From Alphaproteobacteria bacterium (GTDB lineage Bacteria; Pseudomonadota; Alphaproteobacteria; UBA6615), in contig JBFWVF010000009.1 in the NCBI GenBank assembly GCA_050246875.1, positions 165,097 through 229,096 on the forward strand: a stretch of DNA of 64,000 nucleotides. Direction: 5' to 3'. The translations under genes were made by a program, and so were the position numbers. Positions 17,178 to 26,126 of the stretch are shown here, one piece after another. How positions within the stretch are numbered: position 1 is the stretch's first letter; each line of letters starts with the position of its first letter. The notes beneath the pieces were generated by a model. It did not search any database. It saw only the letters and a list, made by a program, of their open reading frames with translations, and had not been told where the DNA came from.

Positions 17178-18158
17178 CTACGGCTTCAGCACCAGCTTGC
17201 CCATGATGGTGCGGGCATCGAGCAGTTCGTGCGCCTTGCGCGCCTCGACCAGCGGCAGGCGGGCATGGATGGGCGGGTCGAAGCGGCCCTCGCCGAACAG
17301 GCCGACCACGGTGGCGATGATGCGCTGCGCCCGCGCCTTGTCGTGGTCGAAGGCGTGCCAGGAGAAGGCCCGCACGGCGAGGCTCCTGCCGAGATTGGCG
17401 CGCAGTTCGGCAAAGGTCTCCGTCTTCGGCAGACCGGCCAGCGCGTTGAAGGTGACGATCATGCCGAGCGGCACCAGCATGCGGAAATTGTCGGTGAAGT
17501 CGGGGCCGACGAGCTGGTCGAACATCAGCTCGATGCCGCGCCCACCGGTCAGCTCCAGCACGCGGTCGACGACGTTCTCGCGGCCATACTCGACGGTGTG
17601 GGTGGCGCCGGCCTTGCGGGCGAAGGCGCACTTCTCCGCCGAACTGGCGCCGGCGATGACGGCGATGCCTTCGGCGCGGCAGATATCGATGATCGCCGTG
17701 CCCATGCCGCCGGCGCCGCCGTTGACGTAGACCGTGCGGGCATCGACGCCGCGCGCTGCCTCGCGCAGCATGGCCCAGGCGACGAAGTAGTTTGGCATGG
17801 CCACGGCCGCATCGAGGTCGACGCGGTCGGGCAGGGGTGTCACCAGCGACTGCGGCACGGCGTTGTACTCGGCGTAACGCCCGCCACCGGCGCCGAACAC
17901 CAGCACTCTCTGGCCCACCGTCAGCCCGGTGACGCTGGCGCCGACGGCTTCGACATGGCCGCTCATCTCGTTGCCGAGGATCGCCGGCAGCATCGGCATC
18001 CAGCGATAGACGCCGGTGCGGAGCAGCACGTCGGGCTTGCCGACGCCGATGGCGGCGGCCTTCACCAGCACCTCGCCGGGGCCTGGCTTCGGCACCGGAA
18101 GGTCGACGACCTCCAGCACCTCCGGTCCGCCGGTGCGGCTGATCTGAACGGCTTTCAT
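17178..18158 (-). CDS. NADPH:quinone oxidoreductase (MDR superfamily, zeta-crystallin type)
   Basis: ORF 17178..18188, trimmed to ATG 18158 (MKAVQISRTGGPEVLEVVDLPVPKPGPGEVLVK). Nucleotide motif GGAGGMG. Confidence 0.85.
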   Translation of the reverse strand: MKAVQISRTGGPEVLEVVDLPVPKPGPGEVLVKAAAIGVGKPDVLLRTGVYRWMPMLPAILGNEMSGHVEAVGASVTGLTVGQRVLVFGAGGGRYAEYNAVPQSLVTPLPDRVDLDAAVAMPNYFVAWAMLREAARGVDARTVYVNGGAGGMGTAIIDICRAEGIAVIAGASSAEKCAFARKAGATHTVEYGRENVVDRVLELTGGRGIELMFDQLVGPDFTDNFRMLVPLGMIVTFNALAGLPKTETFAELRANLGRSLAVRAFSWHAFDHDKARAQRIIATVVGLFGEGRFDPPIHARLPLVEARKAHELLDARTIMGKLVLKP

Positions 18159-18182
18159 TCGCTGCGTACCCGGCAGTGCGGT

Positions 18183-18283
18183 CCCCATCCTTCGACAGGC
18201 TCAGGATGAGGACATGGCAATTGCGGCGCCATGCCGAGGCGCGTTCCCTCCAAGCCTCGTCCCGAGCCTGTCGAAGGATGAGG
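18183..18283. repeat. REP-like element: two inverted 29-nt hairpin units
   Basis: CCCCATCCTTCGACAGGCTCAGGATGAGG (18183-18211) and CCTCGTCCCGAGCCTGTCGAAGGATGAGG (18255-18283) in inverted orientation. Confidence 0.85.
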
Positions 18284-18309
18284 CCGGCACGACCCGGTGT
18301 GCAGTTTGC

Positions 18310-18915
18310 CTACGCCCGCTGCGCCGCCGCGATCTTGTCGGCGATGCGCGCGCGCCACTGGGCGATGGGCTCGAAGTCCGGCATCTGGCGGCACATGGCC
18401 TCGGTCTCGGCCTTGATCTGCTCTTCCGGCTTGTCGAGGTCGAGCGGCTCGCCGCAGGGCTGGCGCACATACCAGTCGCTGTCGACGAACATCTCCATGG
18501 CGTTGCCTTCGGGGTCGCGGAAGTACATCGCCCAGGCGAGGCCATGGTTGAGCGGCGTGATCGGGTCGATGCCCTCGGCGATCAGCTTCTTCCGCATCTT
18601 CGACATCTCGGTGAGGCTTGAGGCGCGGAAGGAGATCTGGTTGATGGCCGACTCGCGGCCGCCGCCGATCACTTGCGAGGTGCGGATCTCGCCTTCCTTG
18701 CGACCGTTGCAGAGGATGAGCTGGTGATGCTCGTTGGGATCGAGCGTCAGGAACACGAGGTCGAGGTCGAGGTGCTCGATATAGCCGCGGTCGGCCACCA
18801 CCATGCCCATCACGCGTGTGTAGAAATCCTCCATCTTCGGCTTGTCGAAGCAGTTGATGCCGAAATGGCTGAAGCTGAGGCGGGTCTGCGGCTTCGTGAT
18901 CGTGATCGTGTCCAT
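18310..18915 (-). CDS. VOC-superfamily protein (one-domain extradiol dioxygenase / glyoxalase-like)
   Basis: 201 aa with pattern SHFGINC...EHHQLIL...NHG...YFRDPEGNAMEMF. It starts 28 nt after the FAH paralog 2 stop. Confidence 0.75.
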   Translation of the reverse strand: MDTITITKPQTRLSFSHFGINCFDKPKMEDFYTRVMGMVVADRGYIEHLDLDLVFLTLDPNEHHQLILCNGRKEGEIRTSQVIGGGRESAINQISFRASSLTEMSKMRKKLIAEGIDPITPLNHGLAWAMYFRDPEGNAMEMFVDSDWYVRQPCGEPLDLDKPEEQIKAETEAMCRQMPDFEPIAQWRARIADKIAAAQRA

Positions 18916-18943
18916 GGCCTGTCTCCGTTCCGGGTGCCGGCCG

Positions 18944-19816
18944 TCAGTCGGCCACCACCCTGTTCACCAGCGTACCGATCTGCGTGATCTCGATTTCCAG
19001 TGTGTCTCCGGCCTTCATCCACAAGGGCGGCTTGCGGCCGAGCCCGACGCCCGAGGGCGTGCCGGTGACGATGACGTCGCCCGGGTGCAGCGGAATGCCG
19101 GCGGAAATGTACTCGATGAGTTGCGGCACGTCGAAGACGAGGTCCGATATGCTCTCGTCCAGAACCACCTGGCCGTTGAGCCGGGTGGTCATGTGCAGCG
19201 CCGCGGGGTCGGGGATCTCGTCGGCCGTGGTGACGCAGGGGCCGAACGAGCCGGTGTGCCAGAAGTTCTTGCCGAGCCCGGTCTGCGAGGTATGGAACTG
19301 CCAGTCGCGGATCGAGCCGTCGTTGTAGATCGAGTAGCCGGCGACGTGGGAGAGGGCATCGGCCGCCTTCACCCGGCGGGCTTCCTTGCCGATGACGACG
19401 GCCAGTTCGCCCTCGTAGTCGAACATGTCGCTCTCGCGCGGCTTCACGATCGGCGCGAGGTGGGCGACATGACTGTCCTCCCAGCGGGCGAACAGCACCG
19501 GCTTCTTCGGCAGGTCCATGCCGGCCTCGGCGGCGTGCTTGCGGTAGTTGAGGCCGACGCAGACGAATTTGGCCGTGCCGCCCACCGGCGGCAGGTAGAC
19601 GATGTCCTTTTCCGGGAAGTCTGCGGCCTTGCCCTGGCCGCCACCGAAGCCGGTGGTGAGCCAGTCGCGCACCCGGGCGAGACCGTCCGGGTGCGCGAGG
19701 CAGGACTGCAGCGTCGGCATCAGGTGCGGGTACTCCGCCCCGACATCGACCACACCGCCATTGTGGAGCGCGCCCCAACTGGCGCGCCCCATGTGGGTGA
19801 AGCTGACGAGTTTCAT
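18944..19816 (-). CDS. FAH family protein, paralog 2
   Basis: ORF 18944..19981, trimmed to ATG 19816 (MKLVSFTHMGRASWG). It is colinear with paralogs 1 and 3. Confidence 0.9.
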   Translation of the reverse strand: MKLVSFTHMGRASWGALHNGGVVDVGAEYPHLMPTLQSCLAHPDGLARVRDWLTTGFGGGQGKAADFPEKDIVYLPPVGGTAKFVCVGLNYRKHAAEAGMDLPKKPVLFARWEDSHVAHLAPIVKPRESDMFDYEGELAVVIGKEARRVKAADALSHVAGYSIYNDGSIRDWQFHTSQTGLGKNFWHTGSFGPCVTTADEIPDPAALHMTTRLNGQVVLDESISDLVFDVPQLIEYISAGIPLHPGDVIVTGTPSGVGLGRKPPLWMKAGDTLEIEITQIGTLVNRVVAD

Positions 19817-19853
19817 GCCGCGATGCCCATCTGACCGCCATATCCAAAAACTT

Positions 19854-20041
19854 CCTCTCCTTGAGGGAGAGGGCTTCCGACGTTGGCGTCGCAGGGCGCG
19901 GTAGCGACCGAGACGCTTACGACGGAAGGGTGAGGGGTTACAGGCGGTCCGAGGTTGGCCTTCGGCCTCGTAACCCCTCACCCTTCGCGCTCTAGGCTCG
20001 CGATGCTCGCCAAGGCGCGAAGCCCTCTCCCTATGGGAGAG
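19854..20041. repeat. Nested palindromic intergenic element (~190 nt)
   Basis: Terminal hairpins are CCTCTCC-TTGAG-GGAGAGG (19854-19872) and CTCTCCC-TAT-GGGAGAG (20025-20041), and their flanks GGAGAGGGCTTC / GAAGCCCTCTCC are mutually inverted. Inside is a perfect 17-bp inverted repeat GAAGGGTGAGGGGTTAC / GTAACCCCTCACCCTTC (19925-19941 / 19970-19986). Confidence 0.85.
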
Positions 20042-20054
20042 AGCGAGACTTGAC

Positions 20055-20885
20055 TCAGTCCGCCACCACCGTGTTCGACAGCGTGCCGATCTTGGTGATC
20101 TCGATCTCGAAGGTGTCGCCGGCCTTCATCCACAGCGGCGGCTTGCGGCCGAGGCCGACGCCGGACGGCGTGCCGGTGATGATGACGTCGCCCGGGCGCA
20201 GCAAGGTACCGGCCGAGCAATAGGCGATGAGCTGCGGCACGTTGAAGATGAGGTCGTTGATGCCCTCGTTCTGCACTTCCTTGCCGTTCAGGCGGCCGAC
20301 CATGCGCAGCGCCGACGGATCGGGGATCTCGTCCGTCGTCGTGATGCAGGGCCCGAACGATCCCGTGTGCCAGAAGTTCTTGCCGAGGCCGACCTGCGAG
20401 GTATGGAACTGCCAGTCGCGGATCGAACCGTCGTTGTAGCAGGAGTAGCCGGCGACGTAATTGAGGGCGTCGGCCTCCGAAACGCGACGCGCTTCCTTGC
20501 CGATGATCACCGCCAGCTCGGCCTCGAAGTCGAAATTGGTGCTCTCGCGCGGCAGCACGATCGGCTGCTTGTGGCCCACATGGCTGTCGTCCCAGCGGGC
20601 GAACAGCATCGGCTTCTTCGGCAGCTCCATGCCGGCTTCGGCAGCGTGCTTGCGATAGTTGAGGCCAACGCCGATGAACTTGGCCCGGCCGTCGATCGGC
20701 GGCAGGTAGTCGAAGCTGCCGTCAGGCACGTCGGCTTTCTGGCCGACCGCGCCCTTGGCCCGCTCGATTCCGTCGCCGTGCAACGCGTCACGCAGGTTGC
20801 CGCCCTTGCCGACGTCGACAAGGCCGCCCTGCACGGCGACGCCCCAGCTTTCCCGGCCGTTGCGGCGATAACTCACGAGCTTCAT
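20055..20885 (-). CDS. FAH family protein, paralog 3
   Basis: 276 aa, MKLVSYRRNGRESWG..., with the same conserved blocks as paralogs 1 and 2. Confidence 0.9.
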   Translation of the reverse strand: MKLVSYRRNGRESWGVAVQGGLVDVGKGGNLRDALHGDGIERAKGAVGQKADVPDGSFDYLPPIDGRAKFIGVGLNYRKHAAEAGMELPKKPMLFARWDDSHVGHKQPIVLPRESTNFDFEAELAVIIGKEARRVSEADALNYVAGYSCYNDGSIRDWQFHTSQVGLGKNFWHTGSFGPCITTTDEIPDPSALRMVGRLNGKEVQNEGINDLIFNVPQLIAYCSAGTLLRPGDVIITGTPSGVGLGRKPPLWMKAGDTFEIEITKIGTLSNTVVAD

Positions 20886-20925
20886 TGGGTATTCCTCCCG
20901 TTGGGTTTGTCTTGCGGCCGGCCGG

Positions 20926-22080
20926 TCACTCGGCCCCGTCGGCCAGCATGGCCTTGGCGATGACGAGCTGCTGGATCTGCGAGGTGCCCTCGTAGAGCCG
21001 CATCAGCCGCACATCGCGGTAGAAGCGTTCGACGGCGAAGTCGGCCATGTAGCCGGAGCCGCCATGGATCTGCACAGCCCGGTCGGCGACGCGGCCGACC
21101 ATCTCGGTGGCGAAATACTTGCACGCCGCCGCTTCCATGCTGACGCGGCGGCCGGCGTCGTAGTCGCGCGCCGTCTCCATCACCATGGCGCGCGCGGCCA
21201 GCGCCTCGGTGCGGCTGTCGGCAAGCATGGCCTGGACGAGCTGGAACTCGCCGATGGCCTTGCCGAACTGCCGGCGCGTGCGGGCGTAGCTGACGGATTC
21301 GTGGATCAGCCGCTCGGCATGGCCGACGGCGGTGGCGGAGATGTTGAGGCGCCCCCGGTCGAGCACCTTCATGGCCGTGGCGAAGCCGCGTCCGGCCACG
21401 CCGCCGATGATGTTGGCGGCCGGCACGCGGGCATCCTCGAAGATCACGTCCGCCGTCTTGGCGCCGCGCTGGCCCATCTTGCGGTCGGCCTTGCCGACGC
21501 TCACGCCCTTCACCTTCGCCGGCATGATGAAGGCGGAGATGCCGCGCGAGCCCGGGATCGCCGGGTCGGTGCGGGCCATCAGGGTGAAGACGTCGGCATA
21601 GGGCGCGTTGGTGATGAAGCGCTTGGTGCCGTTGATGACATACTCGTCGCCGTCACGGATGGCCGTCGTGCGGATCGAGGCGGCGTCCGAGCCTGCCTCG
21701 GGCTCGGTCAGGGCGAAGGAGGCGATCAGTTCGCCGGAGGCCAGACGCGGCAGCCATTCGCGCTTCTGTTCGGGCGTGCCGTCCATGACGATGCCCTGGG
21801 AACCGATACCGACATTGGTGGCGAACACGGTGCGGAAGGCCGGCGAGGTCCAGCCGAGTTCCACCAGCAGCCGGCATTCTTCCTCCATGGACAGGCCGAG
21901 GCCGCCATACTCGGTCGGGATCGACAGGCCGAACAGGCCCATCTCCCGCATTTCGGCGCGGATGCCCGCCGGCACCTCGTCCGTTTCCACAACCTCTGTT
22001 TCGAGTGGCACCAGCCGCTCGCGCACGTAGCGGTGGACGGTGTCGACGAGGTGGTTGAGGGTGGCGGTATCGAGGGGCAT
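20926..22080 (-). CDS. Acyl-CoA dehydrogenase
   Basis: ORF 20926..22164, trimmed to ATG 22080 (MPLDTATLNHL...). ACAD C-terminal block RLMRLYEGTSQIQQLVIAK. 384 aa. Confidence 0.9.
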   Translation of the reverse strand: MPLDTATLNHLVDTVHRYVRERLVPLETEVVETDEVPAGIRAEMREMGLFGLSIPTEYGGLGLSMEEECRLLVELGWTSPAFRTVFATNVGIGSQGIVMDGTPEQKREWLPRLASGELIASFALTEPEAGSDAASIRTTAIRDGDEYVINGTKRFITNAPYADVFTLMARTDPAIPGSRGISAFIMPAKVKGVSVGKADRKMGQRGAKTADVIFEDARVPAANIIGGVAGRGFATAMKVLDRGRLNISATAVGHAERLIHESVSYARTRRQFGKAIGEFQLVQAMLADSRTEALAARAMVMETARDYDAGRRVSMEAAACKYFATEMVGRVADRAVQIHGGSGYMADFAVERFYRDVRLMRLYEGTSQIQQLVIAKAMLADGAE

Positions 22081-22232
22081 GGAGCTTGGCCAGGAGGTGG
22101 CCGGAGACTGCACCGCCGGCCTGAGCGTGGCAACCACATTGCGGCAACCGCCCCTCGCTGGCACGGCGGCTGGCGGCTAGACTGGGCGGACAAGCCCGGC
22201 GGAATGGCAGACCGGGCAGGGGAGCGCCGGAC

Positions 22233-23408
22233 ATGGCACTGAAGGACAAGGCGGACGCCCTGCTGCGGGGCGCGGTCGGGCGCGGCGACGTGCCGGGCGT
22301 CATTGCGGCGGTCACCGACCGCGACCGCACGGTCTACGAGGCCGGTTTCGGCCGGCGCGTGCAGGGCGAGGCCGGCGAGATGACACCCGATACGGTCGTC
22401 TACATCGCCTCGATGACCAAGGCCATCACCTCGGTCGCCGCCATGCAGCTCGTCGAGCGCGGCGTGCTGGCGCTCGACTACCCTGCGAAGGACTACGTTC
22501 CCCAGATCGGCGATGCGAAGGTGCTGACCGGCTTCGACGCCGCCGGCAAGCCGCAGTACCGCGAGCCGGCGCGGCCGGTCACGCTGCGCCACCTGCTGAC
22601 CCACACGTCGGGCTTCGGCTACGAGTTCTGGCAGCAGCCGGTGCTCGACTGGATGGTGGCGACCGGCGCGCCCAGCATGACCACCTGCGAGAACCGCGCC
22701 ATGACGGCGCCGCTGCTGTTCGACCCCGGCACGCGCTGGGAGTACGGCATCGGCATCGACTGGGCCGGCCGGATGGTCGAGATCGCCAGCGGACGGAGCC
22801 TCGGCGACTATCTCGCCGAGCACGTCTTCGCGCCCCTCGGCATGGACAGCACCGGCTTCCGCATCACCGAGGCGATGCGCCGGCGGCTGGCGAAGATCCA
22901 TGCCCGCGGCGACGACGGCAGCCTGGCGCCCCAGCTCGACCTTGAAATACCCCAGGCGCCCGAGTTCCAGATGGGCGGCGGCGGGCTCTACGGCACTGTC
23001 GGCGACTACGCGAAGTTCATCCGCATGGTGCTCAACGGCGGCCGCGCGCCGGATGGCCGGCCCGTCCTGCGGCCGGCGACGCTGGCATCGCTGACCACCA
23101 ACCAGGCCGGGGCCAACCGCGTCGGCCTGCTGCGGACGGTGATGCCGCCGTTCAGCAACGACGCCGAGTTCTTTCCCGGCCTCGCCAAGACCTGGAGTTT
23201 CGCCTTCATGATCAACCTGGAGCAGGCCCCGACCGGGCGCAGCGCGGGGGCGCTGGGCTGGGCGGGCCTGGCCAACACCTATTACTGGATCGACCCGGCG
23301 AAGGGGTTCGGCGGCGTCTATGCCACCCAGATCATTCCCTTCGCCGACGCCAAGGCGTTCCCGCTCTACCTCGATTTCGAGACGGCGGTGTACGACAGCA
23401 TGCACTGA
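22233..23408 (+). CDS. Serine hydrolase of the beta-lactamase (class C / EstB-like esterase) family
   Basis: SxxK motif in IASMTKAIT. 391 aa. Confidence 0.8.
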   Translation: MALKDKADALLRGAVGRGDVPGVIAAVTDRDRTVYEAGFGRRVQGEAGEMTPDTVVYIASMTKAITSVAAMQLVERGVLALDYPAKDYVPQIGDAKVLTGFDAAGKPQYREPARPVTLRHLLTHTSGFGYEFWQQPVLDWMVATGAPSMTTCENRAMTAPLLFDPGTRWEYGIGIDWAGRMVEIASGRSLGDYLAEHVFAPLGMDSTGFRITEAMRRRLAKIHARGDDGSLAPQLDLEIPQAPEFQMGGGGLYGTVGDYAKFIRMVLNGGRAPDGRPVLRPATLASLTTNQAGANRVGLLRTVMPPFSNDAEFFPGLAKTWSFAFMINLEQAPTGRSAGALGWAGLANTYYWIDPAKGFGGVYATQIIPFADAKAFPLYLDFETAVYDSMH

Positions 23409-23466
23409 GGGGGGACGGAGCAACCTGCCGGCGGGCGGCCGGCGGAGACCTTACAGGAGCGAGACC

Positions 23467-23985
23467 ATGGTGGAGGCCCGCCCGGCCATCGCGCCGTATC
23501 TGCTGGAGGCCTTGCGCAGCGCCAACGAAACGGCCCGAAGCTACGACACGAAAGCCCAGATTTCCGGGCTGATGCTGATCCTGTCGATCAATCCCCTGTT
23601 TCTCGTGCTCAACCGTCTGGCCGGGGACAGTGCGCCGGATGCCTATCTTGTCATCGCCCTGCTGTCCCTCCTGATTCTCAACGTCTGCCTGTTCGGCGCG
23701 GTGCTGATGCCCCAGCGCAACCCGTTCGGGCGCATCCGCTTCGATCGCGGGTCGGTGCGCCACACCTTCTATGTCGCGGCGTCGGACCCGCGCGGCCTCG
23801 AACAGCGGGTTGCCGATGCGCGGCAGACCGACTGGGAAAGTGAACTGCAGTTCGAGATCATGAAGGTGTCTGCCATCCGCGATGCCAAGCACGCCCGCTT
23901 CATGGCGGCGATGGCCGCCGCCGCCGTGTCCTATGTCCTGATCATTGTCATCCTCGTCTGGATCGCGGCAGCCCCACCTGGCTAG
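23467..23985 (+). CDS. Small 3-TM membrane protein, DUF5706 / Pycsar-effector-like (tentative)
   Basis: ORF 23320..23985, trimmed to ATG 23467 after AGGAG. It has hydrophobic helices ISGLMLILSINPLFLVL, YLVIALLSLLILNVCLFGAVL and a C-terminal AAAAVSYVLIIVILVWIAA. The motif pattern YDTKAQ ... MPQR ... ELQFEIMKVSAIRDAKHARF matches the family pattern as I recall it. Confidence 0.5.
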   Translation: MVEARPAIAPYLLEALRSANETARSYDTKAQISGLMLILSINPLFLVLNRLAGDSAPDAYLVIALLSLLILNVCLFGAVLMPQRNPFGRIRFDRGSVRHTFYVAASDPRGLEQRVADARQTDWESELQFEIMKVSAIRDAKHARFMAAMAAAAVSYVLIIVILVWIAAAPPG

Positions 23986-24089
23986 GCGGCGCGCGGGGGC
24001 GAGCCCACGGCCGCGCCCACGCTGGCCGCGCGGCGGATCGCTGCCTATACTTCCGGCCGGATAGGACGCCCAGCCGTGAGGAGGAAGCG

Positions 24090-24662
24090 ATGGGAGTGAC
24101 CGCCCGCGTGCCCGCGCGCAACAATGTGCTGTCGCCGGCCAAGTTCGCCCACATCGTGCTGTTCACCAAGCAGTCCGACCGCATGCTCGCCTGGTACGCG
24201 ACGGTGCTCGGTGCCGAGCAGATGTTCCGCAACGACTACATCTCGTTCCTGACCTACGACGACGAGCATCACCGCATCGCCTTCATCAACCGTCCGGACT
24301 TCGCCGACCAGCAGCCGAAGACCGTCGGCCTCGCGCACTTCGCCTTCACCTACAATACGCTGAAGGAACTGGCCGATACCTGGGAGCGCCTCAAGGCGCA
24401 GGGCATCGAGCCCTACCGCATGATCAACCACGGCCCGACGACGTCGATGTACTACCGCGATCCGGACGGCAACGCGGTCGAGCTGCAGGTCGACAATTTC
24501 GAGACCAACGAGGAGCTGAACGCCTGGTTCGCCTCGGGCGATTTCGACCGCAACCCCATCGGCATCTACTACGACATGGCCGACATCGCCCGGAAGCTGC
24601 GCGAGGGCGTGCCGGAAAAGGCGCTGCGCAAGCCGCTGTCTGTCGCGCCGATCGCGCTCTAG
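24090..24662 (+). CDS. VOC-superfamily protein (one-domain extradiol dioxygenase-like)
   Basis: 190 aa: FAHIVLF...DEHHRIAF...AHFAF...NHGPTTSMYYRDPDGNAVELQ. Confidence 0.75.
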   Translation: MGVTARVPARNNVLSPAKFAHIVLFTKQSDRMLAWYATVLGAEQMFRNDYISFLTYDDEHHRIAFINRPDFADQQPKTVGLAHFAFTYNTLKELADTWERLKAQGIEPYRMINHGPTTSMYYRDPDGNAVELQVDNFETNEELNAWFASGDFDRNPIGIYYDMADIARKLREGVPEKALRKPLSVAPIAL

Positions 24663-24682
24663 GCCGAGGAAGGAAATCCGTC

Positions 24683-25672
24683 ATGGGCATGCTGATCGAC
24701 GGCGTCTGGCACGAGGGTGACACACGCCAGCGCGAAACGGCTGCCGACGGCAGTTTCAAGCGTACCGAGAGCATCTTCCGCAACTGGGTGACGGCCGACG
24801 GCAGCGCCGGCCCGAGCGGCACCGACGGCTACAAGGCCGAGCCGGACCGCTATCACCTCTACGTCGCGCACACCTGCCCGTGGGCGCACCGGGCGTTGCT
24901 GTTCCGCACGCTCAAGGGCCTCGACGGCATCATTTCCGTCTCGTACGCGCTGCCGGGCCGCAACGCCCAGGGCTGGACCTACGGCGACGACCCGCGCTAC
25001 CCGGACTGCACGCCCGACACGGTGAACGGGTTCAAGCACCTGCACGAGGCCTACTCGGCGACGGACCCGAAATACACCGGCAAGGTCACCGTGCCGACGC
25101 TGTGGGACAAGAAGCGGGGGCGGGTGGTCAACAACGAGTCCTCCGAGATCATCCGCATGTTCAACGGCGCCTTCGCCGCGTACACGAACAACCATGAGGA
25201 CTACTATCCGGCCGACCTGCGGGCCGAGATCGACGCGCTCAACGACGAGATCTACGTGGCGGTCAACAACGGTGTCTATCGCTGCGGCTTCGCCACGACG
25301 CAGGAGGCCTACGAGGCCGCCTTCGACCGCCTGTTCGCCTGTCTCGACCGGCTGGAGGGAATTCTCGCGACCCGCCGCTATCTGCTCGGCGACCGCCTGA
25401 CGGAGGCCGACTGGCGGCTGTTTCCGACCCTCATCCGCTTTGATGTCGCCTATGTCGGCGCCTTCAAGTGCAACCTGCGCCGTATCGTCGACTACCCGAA
25501 CCTCTGGGGCTACACGCGCGAGCTGTACCAGATGCCGGGCATCGCCGAGACGTTCAGCGTCGAGTACGCCAAGCTGAACTACTACGGCATCGAGAAGATC
25601 AATCCCACGGGCATCGTCCCGAAGGGACCCGACATCGATTTCACGACGCCGCACGGCCGCGAGCGACTGTAG
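24683..25672 (+). CDS. yqjG: Glutathionyl-hydroquinone reductase (Xi-class GST, YqjG/PcpF type)
   Basis: Diagnostic CPWAHR active-site motif (VAHTCPWAHRALLF). 329 aa, 20 nt after the VOC gene. Confidence 0.85.
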   Translation: MGMLIDGVWHEGDTRQRETAADGSFKRTESIFRNWVTADGSAGPSGTDGYKAEPDRYHLYVAHTCPWAHRALLFRTLKGLDGIISVSYALPGRNAQGWTYGDDPRYPDCTPDTVNGFKHLHEAYSATDPKYTGKVTVPTLWDKKRGRVVNNESSEIIRMFNGAFAAYTNNHEDYYPADLRAEIDALNDEIYVAVNNGVYRCGFATTQEAYEAAFDRLFACLDRLEGILATRRYLLGDRLTEADWRLFPTLIRFDVAYVGAFKCNLRRIVDYPNLWGYTRELYQMPGIAETFSVEYAKLNYYGIEKINPTGIVPKGPDIDFTTPHGRERL

Positions 25673-25695
25673 ACGGCAGATCCGGGAGGAACGCT

Positions 25696-26103
25696 ATGGA
25701 CGACAAGGAGCGCTTCGAGCGCGGCCTGAAGATTCGCAGCGAGGTGATGGGGCCGGCGCGCATCGAGGCCGCTCTGGGTCGGGCCAGCGATTTCGATCGC
25801 GAATTCCAGGAGCATTTCATCACCGCGCTGGGCTGGGGCGAGATCTGGTCGCGGCCGGGCCTGACGCGCCAGCAACGCAGCCTCCTCAACATCGGCATGT
25901 TGTCGGCGCTGCAGCGCATTCCCGAGCTCAAGGGCCACATTCGGGGCGCCATCCGCAATGGCATGACCGTCAAGGAAATCCAGGAGGCGCTGATCCAGGT
26001 CGCCGGCTACTGCGGCATGCCGGCCGGCATCACTGCCTTCAACGCGGCGCGCGAGACGCTGGAAGAGATGGAAAAGAACGGCGAGTTGAAGAAGGCCGGC
26101 TGA
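25696..26103 (+). CDS. Carboxymuconolactone decarboxylase (CMD/PcaC-like) family protein
   Basis: ATG 25696 after GGGAGGA. WGEIWSRPGLTRQQRSLLNIGMLSAL is typical of PcaC-type CMD. Confidence 0.8.
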   Translation: MDDKERFERGLKIRSEVMGPARIEAALGRASDFDREFQEHFITALGWGEIWSRPGLTRQQRSLLNIGMLSALQRIPELKGHIRGAIRNGMTVKEIQEALIQVAGYCGMPAGITAFNAARETLEEMEKNGELKKAG

Positions 26104-26126
26104 CCGGCGGATCGGGGGGAATTGCC

